A stretch of DNA of 64,000 nt from Bacteroidia bacterium (GTDB taxonomy: Bacteria; Bacteroidota; Bacteroidia; NS11-12g; UBA9320), in contig CBDCFW010000004.1 in assembly GCA_965216465.1 (NCBI GenBank), positions 160,001 to 224,000 on the forward strand. The letters are read 5' to 3'. Made by a program: the position numbers and the translations under genes. Numbering within the stretch: the stretch's first letter is position 1; each line of letters starts with the position of its first letter. This document shows positions 60,772 to 64,000 of this stretch, in pieces. Under the pieces are notes generated by a model, which saw nothing but the letters and a program-made list of their open reading frames with translations, had not been told where the DNA came from and did no database searches.

Positions 60772-61776
60772 ATGAAGTTCATTTACAACATAATTTTCAC
60801 CCTTCTTATAGCTGGAAGTGCACAAGCCCAGACAGCGTTAGAATGGTACAATTCAGGAATAGATAAGTTCAACGAAGGAAACATGCTTGGAGCAATCAAA
60901 GACTTCAATGCTTCTTTGGCAATAGACTCTTTGGTAGCTGAAACATATTGGGGACGAGGAAGTGTTTATGCAGAACTTGAACAATTCGATAAAGCCTTAG
61001 ACGATTTGGGCCGGTGTATACTTTTAAATCCTGCTGTTGAAGATGCGTTTTTTAACAGAGCCTATGTTTACATGAGAATGGGAGAGCCTCAATTGGCACT
61101 AAATGACTTGAATATGTACGTTTTGCTAAAACCAGATGACATGACAGGTTATTTAGCACGGCTCGAAATTTTGGTTGAATATGCCGAAGAGGAAAAAGTG
61201 TTCGCAGACCTTGAAAAAATATCGAAACTAAAAGCGAAAGATCATGGTCAGTTTACCCAAAGAGCACGTGTCCGATTTCTAATGCGTGACACAACAGGAG
61301 CATTAAAAGATTTGGATTCCGCAATTAAGATCATGCCGACTTATATGGGTGCATATTTCTTAAGAGGCAAGTACAATTACGAATGTAAAAACTACAACAA
61401 GGCGATTTCGGATTTAAATATTTACCTATTGACTAACGACAATGATCATGAAGCGTTTGTTATCAGAGGAGAGTGTTTTGCCCGGAATAGTGAGTATAGT
61501 TTAGCCATTAATGATTATTCTACAGCTATAGCAATTAAGAATGACGAACCGGTTTATTACTTTGATAGAGGATTCTTTTACCTTCAAACCGAAGAGTATA
61601 AAAAAGCACAAGCTGATTTTAAGCGAGCCATCTATTTTAGACATCACGACACTCGTTTAGCGTACTTTAACCTTGGAATTGCAGAATACAAACTCGGAAA
61701 CGAAACCGAAGCTTGCGATAACTGGAAAAAGTCAGGAAACGTGGGGATGGAATACTATACGAAGTATTGCAATTAA
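60772..61776 (+). CDS. Exported TPR repeat protein
   Basis: Signal peptide from ATG 60772; about 8 TPR units (Y..RG....A..D); C-terminal AC..W...C. Confidence 0.9.
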   Translation: MKFIYNIIFTLLIAGSAQAQTALEWYNSGIDKFNEGNMLGAIKDFNASLAIDSLVAETYWGRGSVYAELEQFDKALDDLGRCILLNPAVEDAFFNRAYVYMRMGEPQLALNDLNMYVLLKPDDMTGYLARLEILVEYAEEEKVFADLEKISKLKAKDHGQFTQRARVRFLMRDTTGALKDLDSAIKIMPTYMGAYFLRGKYNYECKNYNKAISDLNIYLLTNDNDHEAFVIRGECFARNSEYSLAINDYSTAIAIKNDEPVYYFDRGFFYLQTEEYKKAQADFKRAIYFRHHDTRLAYFNLGIAEYKLGNETEACDNWKKSGNVGMEYYTKYCN

Positions 61777-62522
61777 GCCTTCATTTCGAAGATTTTAAAC
61801 TTGCCTAGACCCATTTTTTGAAGGCGGTATTGTAGAGATACCCACAATACTCCAAGCCCATAAATAGAGCTTCTTTTTAAGTTAATTGAACTGGCATCGT
61901 CAAAGTACTTAGTAGGGCAGGTCACCTCACCAATTTCGTAGCCCGCATAAAAGATTTGAGCAGTTATTTGGTTATCAAAAACGAAGTCGTCACTGTTCTT
62001 TTCAATATCAATCTTGTTAAATACCGAAGTATCAAAAGCACGATATCCGGTGTGATACTCGCTAAGTTTTTGATTGATGAGTATGTTTTGCGTTAGCGTT
62101 AGAATTCGGTTTGCAACATACTTATACCAAGGCATTCCACCTTTAAGAGCACCTTTCCCTAATATTCTTGAAGCATAAACAACTGGGAAAACACCATTAG
62201 CAATAATGCTACACATACTCTTAACAAGAAGAGGCGTGTATTGGTAATCGGGATGAACCATGATAGCAATATCAGCACCAACTTCAACAGCTTTATTATA
62301 GCAACTCTTTTGGTTTCCTCCATAGCCACGATTGTTGTCGTGAACAATCACATGATTAATACCAATTCTTTCAGCCAATGCTGCAGTATCATCTTTACTG
62401 GCATCGTCTACCAAAATAGTTTCATCTACGATGTCGAATGGAAGTTCGTTGTAGGTCTTTTCTAATGTTTTCGCCGCATTATATGCAGGAAAAACAACTA
62501 CAACCTTTTTACCGTCAATCAT
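61773..62522 (-). CDS. GT2 glycosyltransferase (DPM1-like)
   Basis: PAYNA, VDDAS.D, N.GYGGNQK, HPDYQY, EYHTGYRA. Confidence 0.9.
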   Translation of the reverse strand: MIDGKKVVVVFPAYNAAKTLEKTYNELPFDIVDETILVDDASKDDTAALAERIGINHVIVHDNNRGYGGNQKSCYNKAVEVGADIAIMVHPDYQYTPLLVKSMCSIIANGVFPVVYASRILGKGALKGGMPWYKYVANRILTLTQNILINQKLSEYHTGYRAFDTSVFNKIDIEKNSDDFVFDNQITAQIFYAGYEIGEVTCPTKYFDDASSINLKRSSIYGLGVLWVSLQYRLQKMGLGKFKIFEMKA

Positions 62523-63853
62523 TACGCGTACATTAAATAGTAGGTAGCAGCACCTGCGAAATATCCGATTATCGCTAACCAGCTAATTTTCTTTAGGTAC
62601 CAGCCAAAGTCGATTTTTTCGAGACCCATTGCAGCAACTCCCGCAGCTGATCCAATAATCAAAGCACTACCTCCTGTACCAGCACAGTAGGCTAAGAATT
62701 GCCAGAATCTTCCATTTGCAGCAAATACGCCAACCTCTTCAATACCATACATTCCTTGTGCGGCAGCAACAAGAGGTACGTTATCTACAATAGAAGAGAG
62801 CAAACCGATGATAACATTGATGCTATATATGTCGCCTTTAAATACTTCGTCTAAGTATCCAGCCACAGTGTTCAAATGACCAATTTCTTGAAGTGCAGAA
62901 ACAGCTAAAAGAATACCTAGGAAGAATAATACTGATGGAATATCAACTTTTTGAAGAACACCAATTACTGATAATGGATGTTTTTCTTCCTTGTTTTTTG
63001 TACTGTGGATTATTTCCGTAGTAATCCAAAGAACACCCAAACTGAACATCATTCCCATAAAAGGAGGGAGGTGAGTTACCGTTTTAAAAATTGGTACGAA
63101 GATTAATCCCAAGATACCCATGGTGAAAATTAGTCTTCTTTGGAAGGTTGTTGTTGGGTTTAAGTAATGGCTTGCAAAATCTTGTTTACCTGGACGTTCA
63201 ACTTCTCCTTTTCCTTTAATGCTTAATACAATTAATGGAACAATAAGAGCAACTAAACTCGGAACAATTAGGTCAACAATTAACCTTGGAACATCCGGTA
63301 ATTGGCCTTTAATCCATAACATGGTAGTTGTAACGTCACCAATAGGAGACCAAGCTCCACCGGCATTTGCTGCAATTACCACCATACCCACAAACAGCCA
63401 TCTGGTTTCTTTGTCGGCAACCAGCTTTCTTAGTAATGATACCATAACGATAGTGGTAGTAAGGTTATCTAATGCTGCTGATAAGAAGAATGTTAATATG
63501 CAGATAATCCAAAGTAATTTAACCTTATTGGTCGTTTTAATTCTGTCGGTGATTACTGAAAAACCTTCGTGAGCATCTACAAGCTCAACAATGGTCATGG
63601 CTCCCATCAAGAAGAAGAGAATCATGGCAATGTCGTAAAGATGGTGTATCAAACCAGAGCGGTAGCTCAAACTTTCCATTCCATGTTCTATGATGTGAAC
63701 AATGTCGTGGCCACCATTCAGCGTGAATACATAAAGCGTCCAACAAACAACACCTGTTACCAGTGCAGTGGCAGCTTTATCAATTTTTAAGGGATGCTCT
63801 AGTGCGATGGCCGCATATCCTAGAACAAAAACTACAATAATTAAAATCGACAT
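62522..63853 (-). CDS. nhaD: Na+/H+ antiporter NhaD
   Basis: AMTIVE..D.H.GF, LDNLTT, AANAGGAWSPIGDVTT, VDNVPL, GTGGS.LIIGSAAG. Confidence 0.93.
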   Translation of the reverse strand: MSILIIVVFVLGYAAIALEHPLKIDKAATALVTGVVCWTLYVFTLNGGHDIVHIIEHGMESLSYRSGLIHHLYDIAMILFFLMGAMTIVELVDAHEGFSVITDRIKTTNKVKLLWIICILTFFLSAALDNLTTTIVMVSLLRKLVADKETRWLFVGMVVIAANAGGAWSPIGDVTTTMLWIKGQLPDVPRLIVDLIVPSLVALIVPLIVLSIKGKGEVERPGKQDFASHYLNPTTTFQRRLIFTMGILGLIFVPIFKTVTHLPPFMGMMFSLGVLWITTEIIHSTKNKEEKHPLSVIGVLQKVDIPSVLFFLGILLAVSALQEIGHLNTVAGYLDEVFKGDIYSINVIIGLLSSIVDNVPLVAAAQGMYGIEEVGVFAANGRFWQFLAYCAGTGGSALIIGSAAGVAAMGLEKIDFGWYLKKISWLAIIGYFAGAATYYLMYA

Positions 63854-64000
63854 ATCTGTTAATTGGGCGCAAAAAAAATGTTTTTTAGCCGCTTATCGCT
63901 GAAAAATGCGGAATTTCTTGTACAATTTGTACACCATCTAGACTACGTGAAATATGGAAATGAACCAATCCGTTGCTCAGCAAAACATGTGGAATGTCTA

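Noticed and set aside
63954-64000. Possible start of a plus-strand gene (MEMNQSVAQQNMWNV...)
   Set aside because: Only 15 codons are visible at the window edge, and an alternative open minus-strand frame also exists; it cannot be called.
1-64000. CRISPR arrays, tRNA/rRNA, IS elements, prophage and canonical defence systems
   Set aside because: No spaced direct repeats, cloverleaf-like segments, transposase/integrase motifs or phage genes were seen by eye; nearly all sequence is accounted for by CDSs.

Overview
A gene-dense, AT-rich bacterial chromosome segment from a Bacteroidota organism. The assignment rests on TAnnTTTG -7 promoter boxes, gldB, type IX secretion (T9SS) C-terminal domains and a C25/PorU-like protein; a streamlined free-living aquatic lineage is my inference. 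About 55 CDSs are present, mostly housekeeping or envelope genes: ung, lipB, lnt, rsmI, nadE, fbp, lysC, fdx-iscX-kdsC, suhB, scoAB, mdh, queA, plsY, clpS, panB, dnaK, split pntAB, rsmE and nhaD. There is also a glycosyltransferase cluster and several T9SS cargo proteins, one of which (1..2666, minus strand, running off the window edge) is missing from the ORF track. I saw no rRNA, tRNA, CRISPR array, integrase, transposase or prophage. The most notable items are: (1) an ECF sigma factor with a dual-membrane-spanning (Dma-like) anti-sigma/beta-barrel partner, a candidate autoregulatory ECF promoter and a coupled T9SS cargo gene; (2) an uncharacterised coupled pair of a GH18-like lipoprotein lacking the catalytic Glu and an 824-aa helical exported protein; (3) a PorU-like C25 protein heading a GT-C/glycosyltransferase neighbourhood; (4) a UNG with a non-canonical HPAAEV intercalation loop, coupled to an unannotated 46-aa membrane protein; (5) a QueA with several conserved motifs altered; (6) sigma54-like promoters before dnaK and a lipoprotein gene. 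All calls come from motif recognition by eye; no database searches were run.
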